Below, in pieces: positions 33,643-42,457 of a stretch of 64,000 bases of DNA. Below the pieces are notes generated by a model that was given only the letters and a program-made list of their open reading frames with translations, ran no database searches and was not told the DNA's origin. Origin of the DNA: Polyangiales bacterium (GTDB lineage Bacteria > Myxococcota_A > Polyangia > Polyangiales > JADJQN01); assembly GCA_964202905.1 (NCBI GenBank), contig CAXNJO010000004.1, positions 448,001 to 512,000 on the forward strand, given 5' to 3'. Within the stretch, counting starts at the first letter, position 1; every line of letters begins with the position of its first letter. The position numbers were made by a program, and so were the translations under genes.

Positions 33643-35064
33643 ATGCTCACGATCATCGTCATCGCCGTTATTTCCGTCGCCCTCGGCGCTTTCTTCCTCC
33701 TGCGCCGCAAGGGACCGGATGCCCTCCCAGAGGAGCTCGACGAAGCCCCGCGGATCGAGGTGGTCCCGGCGCCGCGACCGGTGAAGGCCGCTCCTGTCAA
33801 GGCACCGACCGCGGTCGAGCCCACGGTCGTCGCCCCGGCACGCGTCGAGGTCTCCGCGTCGCCCGGGAAGACGGACGCTTTCCCACAGGCGGCCGCGCTG
33901 CCGGCCGAGGAGCCCTCGAAGCCCGCGGCAACGCAGACGGCAGAGGCGCCCCCAACGGTCGAGCCGGCCGGGGTCACGCCGACCGCCGCGGCGCCGGCCG
34001 GCCCCGCGCCCGTCGAGCCAACCGCGTCCGTCGAGCCAACCGCGCCCCTCGCCGTGCCGCGCGTCCCCACGAAGGCGGATCCCGTCGAGACGGGCCCGCT
34101 CCGCGCGACGACGCGCCCCCCCGCCGGCGTGGATGACGTCGCCGCCCTCAAGAAGGGCCTCGCGTCGACGCGTGGCGGTTTCATCGCGCGTCTGGCGAAG
34201 ATGCTCTCGCGGAAGAAGACGATCGATCCTGCGTTGCTCGAACAGATCGAGGAAGTGTTGCTCGGCGCCGACCTCGGCCCGCGCACCTCGCAGAAGGTGC
34301 TCGACCGGCTCCGCGACCGCATGTCGCGCAACGAGCTCGCCGACGAGGACCGCGTCTGGGAGGCCCTGCGCGACGAAGCGCGCACGATCCTCGGCAGCGG
34401 CGGCGGCGCGATCCCGCTGCGACATAAGCCGACCGTCATCCTCGTGGTCGGCGTGAACGGCGTCGGCAAGACGACGACGATCGGCAAACTGGCGAGCCGC
34501 TACACGCAAAGCGGGAAGAAGGTCGTGCTCGCGGCGGGGGACACCTTCCGGGCGGCCGCGGTGCTGCAACTCGAGGTGTGGGGACGCCGCGTCGGGTGCC
34601 CCGTCGTGAAGGGCAAGGAGAACGCCGACCCCGGCTCCGTGATCTTCGACGCGATCAAACGCGCGCAGGCCGAGGGCGCCGACATCGTCCTCGCCGACAC
34701 CGCGGGGCGCCTCCACACGAAGCTGCCGCTCATGGATGAGCTGAAGAAAGTGGGACGGACCGTCGAGAAGGCGCTGGAGCGTCCGGCCGACGAGGTGCTG
34801 CTCGTCCTCGATTCGACCAACGGCCAGAACGCGATTCAACAGGCGCAGATCTTCAAGGAGGCGATGTCCGTGAGCGGGATCGCCCTGACGAAGCTCGACG
34901 GCACCGCGAAGGGCGGCGTGGTCCTCGGGATCGCCGACGAGCACGGGATCCCGGTGCGCTACGTGGGAATCGGGGAGCGCGTGGAGGACCTCCGCGAGTT
35001 CGACGCGGCGAGTTTCATCGAGGCGCTCTTCGAAAAGCCGGAAGAAGATGCCGCCGATGCATGA
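33643..35064 (+). CDS. ftsY: SRP receptor FtsY with N-terminal TM anchor
   Basis: GVNGVGKTTTIGKLA, DTFRAAA, DTAGR, TKLDGTAKGG. Confidence 0.97.
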   Translation: MLTIIVIAVISVALGAFFLLRRKGPDALPEELDEAPRIEVVPAPRPVKAAPVKAPTAVEPTVVAPARVEVSASPGKTDAFPQAAALPAEEPSKPAATQTAEAPPTVEPAGVTPTAAAPAGPAPVEPTASVEPTAPLAVPRVPTKADPVETGPLRATTRPPAGVDDVAALKKGLASTRGGFIARLAKMLSRKKTIDPALLEQIEEVLLGADLGPRTSQKVLDRLRDRMSRNELADEDRVWEALRDEARTILGSGGGAIPLRHKPTVILVVGVNGVGKTTTIGKLASRYTQSGKKVVLAAGDTFRAAAVLQLEVWGRRVGCPVVKGKENADPGSVIFDAIKRAQAEGADIVLADTAGRLHTKLPLMDELKKVGRTVEKALERPADEVLLVLDSTNGQNAIQQAQIFKEAMSVSGIALTKLDGTAKGGVVLGIADEHGIPVRYVGIGERVEDLREFDAASFIEALFEKPEEDAADA

Positions 35065-35072
35065 CAGGACCG

Positions 35073-35102
35073 TTGATTCTGTCGAAAGCCGCGTGATATA
35101 GT
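35073..35102 (+). promoter_or_regulatory. Sigma70-like promoter for the barrel gene pair
   Basis: TTGATT-N18-TATAGT with extended -10 TG in an AT-richer intergenic region. Confidence 0.5.
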
Positions 35103-35219
35103 CGGCCCCGATTTCGGGAAAGACGCGCTTTTAGCTGCAATTTCATGCAGTTAGATCCCGCGATGGAGTTTGAGCCAGTAGCCGGTGCCGCGACGGCGGC
35201 GTCGAGTGAAGGGGTGACG

Positions 35220-36147
35220 ATGACGAGGGCTTCGATCGCGCTGCTCGCGGGGTTCGCCACGGTGGGTCTCTCGCAGACCCTGTTCGTGGGCACCATCGCC
35301 GCGCAGGACATGACGTTCTCCGCCGACGAGGTCGATTCGCCGCCGCCCGCTGAGGGCGAAGCCGCCCCCGCCGATGGTGACGGGGCGCAGGACGGCGATT
35401 CACTGCTTGGAGATCTACGCCAAGCAGGGACGCAGCAGACCGACGCGCGCGACGCAGCGCCGCGTCGCACGGAGGCCTCCGAGGAGATCTTCGCGATCCA
35501 GCAGATCTACGCGCTCCGCAACGGCCGCGTGGAGCTGTCGCCCTCGTGGTCCTTCTCCGTGAACGACCAGTACGTCAGCCACCCGGCGGCGGGCGTCGCG
35601 CTGAACTACTGGTTCACGAACGTCCTCGCCGTGGGCGTGAACTTCCTCTGGTACGGCGGCCTCGAGAACGAGTCCGACCTCAACTTCAACGTGCGGCGCA
35701 CGACGCGGCTCGCGGTGCCCATCACCGAGTACCAGCTCGGCACGCACCTGAACTTCACGTACGTGCCGCTCTACGGCAAGTTCGCGATGTTCAACGAGTA
35801 CATCTTCCAGTGGGACGCCTACCTCGTCGGCGGCGTCGGACTGATGCGCACGCGGCCCGGTGCCGGTCATCGACCCGGAGATCCGGCAGTTCGACTTCGG
35901 TATGCGCGTCGCGTTCAACGTCGGCCTCGGCATCCGCGTCTTCCTCTCTCGCTGGCTCGCCGTGTACGCCGAGCTTCGCGACTACATGTACCTCGAGAAG
36001 CTCGAGGCGTTGACCGTCCCGCTCGAGGGTCGGACGGATCCCGCGACGTGGTTCGCGGACAGCCCGTCCTTCACGAACAACGTGACCGCGCACCTCGGGT
36101 TCACCCTCTTCTTCCCACCCTCGTTCGAGTACAAGCTGCCGCGCTGA
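35220..36147 (+). CDS. Outer-membrane beta-barrel, GltA/GltB family (one frameshift near 35858)
   Basis: IFAIQQ..GRVELSP..NDQY, YVPLYGKFAMF..WDAYLVGGVG; C-terminal half continues in ORF 35860-36147. Confidence 0.82.
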
Positions 36148-36170
36148 TGGCCCCGAGGAGCGAACGAACG

Positions 36171-37055
36171 ATGACTACGCGCAACCCGATCTGGACTGCC
36201 CTCCTCGCTGCCACGCTGCTGCTCGGCGCCCTCGGCCTCGCGCCGCGCGCGTCCGCGCAGGAGGTGCAGATCACCGGCCCGCTCGCGGGCGCCCCGGCCG
36301 TACGCCGGCTCCGCATCTACCGCGAGGGCCGCTTCGAGATCACGCCGCAGGCGGCCTTCACCCTGACCGACGAGTACTCCCGCACGATCGGGCTCGGCGC
36401 GTCTGGCACCTACCACTTCAACGATTGGCTCGGCGCGGGTGTCTGGGGTTTCTTCGCCCCCATCCACATCGACACGGGCCTCACCGAGCAGGTCGCCGAG
36501 CTCGGCCAGACGGCGGCCTCCAACCGTCTCAGCCTGCCGACGAACACGGGCTTCCCCGACCAGATCGCGACGCTGAACTGGGGCGCTGCGCTGCAGGCGG
36601 TGTTCATCCCGCTCCGCGGAAAGCTCTCGCTCTTCCAGAAGCTGTTCGTCGATGCCGACTTCTTCGTGACCGCCGGCGTCGCGTTTGTCGGCGTCGAGGA
36701 GCGCGCGGATACAGTGGAGGGTATCTGCCCGGCGATGCCGGTCGGCACGCCTGACACGGACCCATGCATCGCAAGTCAGTCGGCGCGCGCGTCGCGTGTC
36801 GCGGTCACTGGCACCTTCAGCGCCGGTCTCCGCCTCCATGTGAACGAGTGGATGGCTCTCAACCTCGAGTGGCGCGCGCTGCCGTTCTCGTGGAATACGG
36901 GCGGCGTCGACGTCGACGGCGCGACGAACCTGAACGGCGACGGCGGGTTCTCGGATGGTCTCGTCAACGCCGACGACCGCGCGTTCCAGTTCAACCACAT
37001 GTTCACCGTGGGTTGGACCTTCTACCTCCCGACCGCGGCGCGCATCAGCGAGTGA
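36171..37055 (+). CDS. Second outer-membrane beta-barrel, GltA/GltB family
   Basis: GAGGAG RBS, signal peptide, AVRR..REGRFEITP..DEY, FIPLRGKLSLF, GWTFYLP end. Confidence 0.85.
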   Translation: MTTRNPIWTALLAATLLLGALGLAPRASAQEVQITGPLAGAPAVRRLRIYREGRFEITPQAAFTLTDEYSRTIGLGASGTYHFNDWLGAGVWGFFAPIHIDTGLTEQVAELGQTAASNRLSLPTNTGFPDQIATLNWGAALQAVFIPLRGKLSLFQKLFVDADFFVTAGVAFVGVEERADTVEGICPAMPVGTPDTDPCIASQSARASRVAVTGTFSAGLRLHVNEWMALNLEWRALPFSWNTGGVDVDGATNLNGDGGFSDGLVNADDRAFQFNHMFTVGWTFYLPTAARISE

Positions 37056-37115
37056 TCGCGGTGCGCCGCACCCCGCCGCGACGGCGGGGATGACGCCCAG
37101 AAGGCGTACACAATC

Positions 37116-37149
37116 AACGCCGCTCTCCTGCACGGAGAGCGGCGTTTTG
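37116..37149 (+). terminator. Rho-independent terminator after the barrel pair
   Basis: AACGCCGCTCTCC-TGCAC-GGAGAGCGGCGTT followed by TT. Confidence 0.8.
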
Positions 37150-37388
37150 CATGGGGGGAGTGGAACGCTCGCTTCGCGCCGGCGCTTCCACATCGCGGTG
37201 CAAGGCTGCCCCGATCGCAGCGCGGACGACACACGCGACGTAGCGAGCGCCCGGCACCCGTCGCGTGCCCACCCCGGCGCGCACGGCCCAGCATGCGCAC
37301 CGTCCAGCACGCGCACCGCCCACCGCGACGAACGGCCTCTGCACGGCCGCGCTGTGCGGCGTGCCGCACAGTGGAGGCGGACGCGCTG

Positions 37389-38132
37389 TCAGCGCTTTTG
37401 GACCACGCCCTGCACGTCGAGCGAGAAGCCAGCCGAAAGCGCGCGCGCGATGCGCTCACGCTCGGGTCCCACATCCCAGCGACGGGCCGCGAAGCCCTCG
37501 AGGATGCGGGTGCGCATCCGGGCGCTGTCTTCCTTCACGAGAGTCGCGAGGAGCGCGCCGCGCGCAGGCGCAGGCTGTTCCTGGGCAAAGATGGCCCCCG
37601 CGGCGTAGAAACGCGCGGTCTCATTCACGTCGTCGAGGAAGCGGACCACAGCCTCGACGATGCGCGGATCACGGCGCTCCTCAAGCGTCGACAGCAGCGA
37701 CAGTTTGCGCTCGGGGTCGCGCTCGTACTCGAGGTGCATCGGCGCAAGCGCCGCGAGGAGCTCGGCGATGACGTCGTCCGGCGAGAGCAACCGGTCCAGC
37801 ATCTTCAGCGGCCAAGCGATGGTCTCCGCCGTGCGCAGAAAGCGCTTGACAGGCTCGATGGCCGTCTCGCCGAGTTCGACGACGGCCTCGAACGCAGCGT
37901 CCTTCTCTTCCTGGTCGGTGATGCTCGGATCGGTCTGGAAGGAGAAGCGTGGCAGCAGCGCCTCCGCGGCCTCCGCGGTGCCCATCTGGGCGAGGGCTTG
38001 GATCGAATCCCAGCGGTCCGGGGCCTGGGCGCGCTTGTTCGCCACGCGCAACGCGTGCTTGCGCAGCGTCGCCTCCGACACCGCGCCGCGCCCACCCGAC
38101 GAACTGCCTTTGAGAAAATCGAAGAAACCCAT
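37389..38132 (-). CDS. HEAT-repeat protein
   Basis: MGFFDFLK start, helical HEAT-like repeats; downstream of the MXAN_5187-type gene. Confidence 0.8.
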   Translation of the reverse strand: MGFFDFLKGSSSGGRGAVSEATLRKHALRVANKRAQAPDRWDSIQALAQMGTAEAAEALLPRFSFQTDPSITDQEEKDAAFEAVVELGETAIEPVKRFLRTAETIAWPLKMLDRLLSPDDVIAELLAALAPMHLEYERDPERKLSLLSTLEERRDPRIVEAVVRFLDDVNETARFYAAGAIFAQEQPAPARGALLATLVKEDSARMRTRILEGFAARRWDVGPERERIARALSAGFSLDVQGVVQKR

Positions 38133-38194
38133 GGGCTGCGTGCCTTTGCCCGGTCTGCCGCGACGGACCGTCTCGCGGCCCGCACGCGGCGGGC

Positions 38195-39682
38195 TCAATC
38201 CCGGATGAGGACGGGGCGGAGGATGACCTCGGAACCGCGCGTCTGAACGTCGAAGCGCACCGTACGGCAGGCGTGCTTCTTCGCCAGCGCCTCGCCGTTG
38301 CCCTTGAGCCGCTGAGAGAACTTGTCCTGCGGGATGGCGAAGCTCTCGCCGGCCGCCTGCTTTGCCGCGCTGTACTCCGCGAACACGCGCGCGAAGTAAG
38401 CGTCCTCCGGCTCTGCGGCGAGTCGCGCTGCGATCGCGGGATCATCCACTGGGTCGGCCGCACCGCTGCCACCACCCGCGGCGCCACCACCGCCCGTGGC
38501 GCCCTCGGCGAATGCCTGGTCTTTCCAATCGCCCTGTTCGGGCACTGACGAGACGCGACCGCTCTCGTCCTCGGAGGTCTCCTGGACGCCCGTGAAGACG
38601 TTGAGGATTTGGTTGATCCTGTAGGCGAGCCCACCGAGTTCGGCGCTCTGCACGTCGAGGCGGAGGTCCGTCCGGCCGTTGACGATGGCGAGAAGACCCT
38701 CTTCGATCTGCTCAATCGGCCGCAAGAAGAGCGTGCCGATGGCGGCGCCGTACCCGAGGACGATGAGGACGCACACCACCATCAGGATGAGGATGATGTT
38801 CGTGCTGGACGCGAGCGCGGACGCGCTCGTGCGGTTGCCAAGCACCACGAAGGCGATCGGCGCAGAATCCGTGTGCGGCAGACGACCGAGAGAGCCGATG
38901 TAGTCGTCGCCGGCGAGCGCCGTCCGGAACGGATTCGGGTCGGCGCCACCGCCAAGGGCCTGCGTGGTCGCTCCGCGCTGGACGTCGGAGAAGAGGAACG
39001 CCTTGAGCGCCTCGGCGCGTTCCGTTGGGAGCGACGAGCTGTAGACCCGCTGGTCGCTGACGAAGGCGACGTCCCGCCCGAGGAGTTGCGCCTCACCGGC
39101 CGCGAAGCCGTTGGAGACGTCGTACGCGACGACGAGCGCGCCGATCACGCCGCCGGCGTCGCTGCGGATGGCCGCTGCTGCGACCTGCATGAGCTTGCCC
39201 TCGTCGTCCTTGCGCCAGACATCGTTCAGCGTGGTGCCGCGCTCGAGCACGGCACGGAGCGCGGGGACCTGGGTCGGGAGGCTCATCCCGTACATCCGAT
39301 TCCGATCGGCGTTGCGCGCGAGGACCTTGCCCGTCTCGTCGGTGAAGAGAACGATGTCGGGACTCACGCCGCGGCGCGACGGGTCGCCGAACCACGCGCC
39401 GAGTCGCTCGGCCGCCTCGTAACCACGCGTGCGCCGCTGGTCCTCGTCGAGCGCGCCGAACACGTCACGCGCCTCGCGCGTCGCTGCACGCTCCGCGACG
39501 AGAGACGTGAACTCGATGCCTGAGAGCCTCCACGCCCGCACGAGCGCTTGGGCGTCGTTGGAGATCGTGGAGTCGACCTGCGACTCGAGCCCCGTGGTGA
39601 TCTGGGACCGGACGACGAAGAAGGAGATGAGCCCCAAGAGGAGCACAGCCACCAGGTTGCCCGCGATGATCTTGAGCCGCAT
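38195..39682 (-). CDS. MXAN_5187-family membrane protein (TM - periplasmic Cache-like - TM - HAMP - C-terminal domain)
   Basis: Two TMs, HAMP (RPIEQIEEG..ELGGLAYRIN), C-terminal YFARVFAEY..KFSQRL..VRFDV domain. Confidence 0.75.
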   Translation of the reverse strand: MRLKIIAGNLVAVLLLGLISFFVVRSQITTGLESQVDSTISNDAQALVRAWRLSGIEFTSLVAERAATREARDVFGALDEDQRRTRGYEAAERLGAWFGDPSRRGVSPDIVLFTDETGKVLARNADRNRMYGMSLPTQVPALRAVLERGTTLNDVWRKDDEGKLMQVAAAAIRSDAGGVIGALVVAYDVSNGFAAGEAQLLGRDVAFVSDQRVYSSSLPTERAEALKAFLFSDVQRGATTQALGGGADPNPFRTALAGDDYIGSLGRLPHTDSAPIAFVVLGNRTSASALASSTNIILILMVVCVLIVLGYGAAIGTLFLRPIEQIEEGLLAIVNGRTDLRLDVQSAELGGLAYRINQILNVFTGVQETSEDESGRVSSVPEQGDWKDQAFAEGATGGGGAAGGGSGAADPVDDPAIAARLAAEPEDAYFARVFAEYSAAKQAAGESFAIPQDKFSQRLKGNGEALAKKHACRTVRFDVQTRGSEVILRPVLIRD

Positions 39683-39911
39683 GTAACGATCGCTCCTCGC
39701 TGGGAGAGTCACCGTGCTGGAAGGCCGCGCCAGCGGGGCAGACAGCCCGCCCGCTGGCATTGCCCCACAATGCGTCCTGCGACAGCTCCCCGCGAATCCC
39801 GGAGGGATCCGCAGGGTTCGTTCTGTAACATCGCCGCGCGCAGCCGGTCAATAGGTGACGAGGTCCGCCGCAGCCGCGCGTCGGGGCCGCCTGAACCGCG
39901 CACGGGCTGCT

Positions 39912-40994
39912 ATGGTGCGGCCCGTGCGAGCGTGGTCCGGTGGCCCCCCGCTGCGGGTGATGTGGGACGAGCGCTTCGCGCTGCACGCGCCCCGCGGCTA
40001 CCATCCCGAGCGTCCGGAGCGCCTCGATGCGGCGCGCGAGGGCCTCGCGATCGCGCTCGCGCGGCTCGGGCGCGCAGGCTCCGTGGAGTCCGTCGCGTCC
40101 GTCCCAGCGAGCCGCGACTCGCTGCAGCGCGTGCACGACCCCCGCTACCTCCGCGTCCTCGAGGCCCGCCTCGCCGATGGCGACGGGCAGCTCGACCCGG
40201 ACACGTACCACCGCGCCGCATCTCGCGAGGTCGCATGGCTCGCGGCAGGAGGCACGGCGGCCCTCGCGCGCGCGCTGCTGAGCGACCGAGGGGGGCGGGG
40301 GCTCGCGCTCGTGAGACCACCGGGGCACCACGCGACGCCGGAGCGAAGCATGGGCTTCTGCCTCCTCAACAACGTCGCGGTCGCTGCAGCGGAAGCCCTC
40401 GCGCACGGTGCGCGCAAGGTCGCGATCGTCGACTGGGACGTGCACCACGGCAACGGCACGCAACGTGTTTTCGAGAGCGACCCGCGGGTGCTCTTCGTCT
40501 CGCTCCACCAACGCGACCTTTTTCCGGTCGGCTCGGGGTCAGCCGCCGAGGTGGGCCTCGGCGCGGGCGCGGGCTTCACGGCGAACCTCGCGCTGCCCGC
40601 CGGAAGCGGGCCGGAGGTCTACGGCGAGGCCTTCCGCCGGGTGGTCATCCCGCTGCTCGACCGCTTTGGCGCCGACATCACGCTCGTCTCCGCGGGGTTC
40701 GACGCGCACAGCCGCGACCCGCTCGGTGGGATGGCGCTCGATGCCCAGACGTACGGCGCGCTCACGACCGCGCTCGTCGCGCAGGCGGAGCGCGCGGGCC
40801 ACGGACGCGTCGGGCTCGTGCTCGAGGGGGGGTACGATCTCGTGGCACTCGAAGCGAGCGTGACCGCCGTCGTGAGCGCCGTGCTCGGTCAGGCCGTCGC
40901 GCTCCCCGAAGGGCGCACCGACGCGGAGGCGCGCGCGGCGATCGGCGCCACGGAGGCCGCCCTGGGCCGCTACTGGCCGGGCGCCTTCCGCTGA
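39912..40994 (+). CDS. Zn-dependent histone-deacetylase-family protein (AcuC/AphA-like)
   Basis: HPERPER, RPPGHHA, GFCLLNN, DWDVHHGNGT, SAGFDAH, LEGGY. Confidence 0.95.
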   Translation: MVRPVRAWSGGPPLRVMWDERFALHAPRGYHPERPERLDAAREGLAIALARLGRAGSVESVASVPASRDSLQRVHDPRYLRVLEARLADGDGQLDPDTYHRAASREVAWLAAGGTAALARALLSDRGGRGLALVRPPGHHATPERSMGFCLLNNVAVAAAEALAHGARKVAIVDWDVHHGNGTQRVFESDPRVLFVSLHQRDLFPVGSGSAAEVGLGAGAGFTANLALPAGSGPEVYGEAFRRVVIPLLDRFGADITLVSAGFDAHSRDPLGGMALDAQTYGALTTALVAQAERAGHGRVGLVLEGGYDLVALEASVTAVVSAVLGQAVALPEGRTDAEARAAIGATEAALGRYWPGAFR

Positions 40995-41058
40995 CCGAAC
41001 GTGGTCGGGCGACTTCCGCTGGTTGCGCGCGCGTGAGACGGTCGAGCGACCGGCGCGT

Positions 41059-42114
41059 TCACCAGAAAGAACGGGCCGGCGCGCGCGCCGACACAGCGGC
41101 GGACTCGACCTGAGCCCCGGCCGGCGTGGGCTCGACGGGCGGCGGTGTCGGGCCGCGCCCGGCGGTGGTCCGCTCCGTGCCCACCGAGCGCCCCTCGAGG
41201 ACGTAGAGGAGCGTCGCGCCGAGCGCGAGCGCGAGGCCACTGCCGAGAAACACATCGCTCGCGAGCGCGCTCCGACGCGCTCCGGCGAGGTCGCCGTCGC
41301 CCTGCTGGCCGCTCGCGACGATGCCGAAGCCCAAGCTCGTCGCGAGAGACGCGACCCCGACGCCACCGACGACCCAGGCCCAGACGGGCGTGCCGCGCAA
41401 CGCCCGATACGCAGTGGCGCGCTGCAGGTCGGCGTACGCCGAGGTCGTCACACCCGCCTCCACGCGGACCTCCGAACGAAATGGGAGGTACCCGGCGCGT
41501 CGAATCAGCAGGCGATGCGCGCCCGGCGCGAGTGCGAGCGGCTCGAGCACCGGCGTGCGGCCGACACTGCGCGTGTCGACCTCGACCTCCGCGCCGGGGA
41601 TGCTCGCGTCGATGCGCAGCGTGCCCGTCGTGGGTCGGCTGCGGCGCGCGGCGCGCTCGGACTCGGCGCGCTCCTCAAGCAGGGCGATGCGCCGCTCGAC
41701 CGAGTCCCGGTCGGGCGGGTCGACGCGGTCACGCAGATAGCGCCGGTAGAAGTCGGTCGCGCGCGAGGGCTCGCCGAGCTGCTCATGCGCCCGCGCGACG
41801 TTGAACCAGAGGTCGGCGCTCGGGACGCGCTCCGCTGCGAGTTCGAAGGCGTGGATCGCCTCGCGGAATCGGCGCGCCTGGTAGTGCGCCATGCCTTCGG
41901 TGAAGTAGCGGCGAGCCTCCTGCGCGGCCTGCGCGTTCTCGGGCGTCGATGCAGCCGGGGGCGACTGCGGCGCGGCGGGCGCATCCGCTGTGGGGGGCGC
42001 CTGCGCGTCCACGCGAGACGCGACGCCGAGCGCTGTGCAGACGAACGCGGTGCAGACGAACGCGCTGTGGACGAACGAGGCGCAGACGAGCGCGCGGGAC
42101 GGGAGGCGGACCAC
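41059..42114 (-). CDS. TPR + PEGA domain membrane protein
   Basis: Signal, TPRs, PEGA (PGAEVEVD..VGRTP..LAPGAH), two C-terminal TM helices. Confidence 0.85.
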   Translation of the reverse strand: MVRLPSRALVCASFVHSAFVCTAFVCTALGVASRVDAQAPPTADAPAAPQSPPAASTPENAQAAQEARRYFTEGMAHYQARRFREAIHAFELAAERVPSADLWFNVARAHEQLGEPSRATDFYRRYLRDRVDPPDRDSVERRIALLEERAESERAARRSRPTTGTLRIDASIPGAEVEVDTRSVGRTPVLEPLALAPGAHRLLIRRAGYLPFRSEVRVEAGVTTSAYADLQRATAYRALRGTPVWAWVVGGVGVASLATSLGFGIVASGQQGDGDLAGARRSALASDVFLGSGLALALGATLLYVLEGRSVGTERTTAGRGPTPPPVEPTPAGAQVESAAVSARAPARSFW

Positions 42115-42256
42115 GGTGTTCCGAGGCTAACACGCGGCCTCCTGGGTGCGGCGGATGCCGCGGGGACGGATATGCCACGAAGTTCGTCACACCCGCGCGC
42201 TTCGCTACCATCCGCGTGGCACGCCCCCCTCCGCGGCGCGCCCGGAGTCCGCCCCG

Positions 42257-42457
42257 ATGCGCCCACGCCGTCTCGTCGTCGCCGCCCCCGGCTTCATCGT
42301 CCTCGCCCTCGGCTCCGCAGCCCCACCGGCGCCGCTCACGGCCACGCCGCGTCCATGGCCGGGCCTCGACGAGGCATACGAAGGCATCGCCGAGGTCGAC
42401 GTTCACGAGGCAAGCTACGCCTCGATGCCCCGCACGCAGCGGACCCGCCACGCGTGA
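42257..42457 (+). CDS. Possible small protein (66 aa)
   Basis: MRPRRLVVAAPGFIVLALGS...; stop overlaps the next GTG (GTGA); no recognisable domain. Confidence 0.3.
   Translation: MRPRRLVVAAPGFIVLALGSAAPPAPLTATPRPWPGLDEAYEGIAEVDVHEASYASMPRTQRTRHA

Noticed and set aside
35145..37055. Single 636-aa tandem-barrel fusion
   Set aside because: One extra base near 35858 explains it; the first barrel's C-terminus is in another frame and the second gene has its own RBS and signal peptide.
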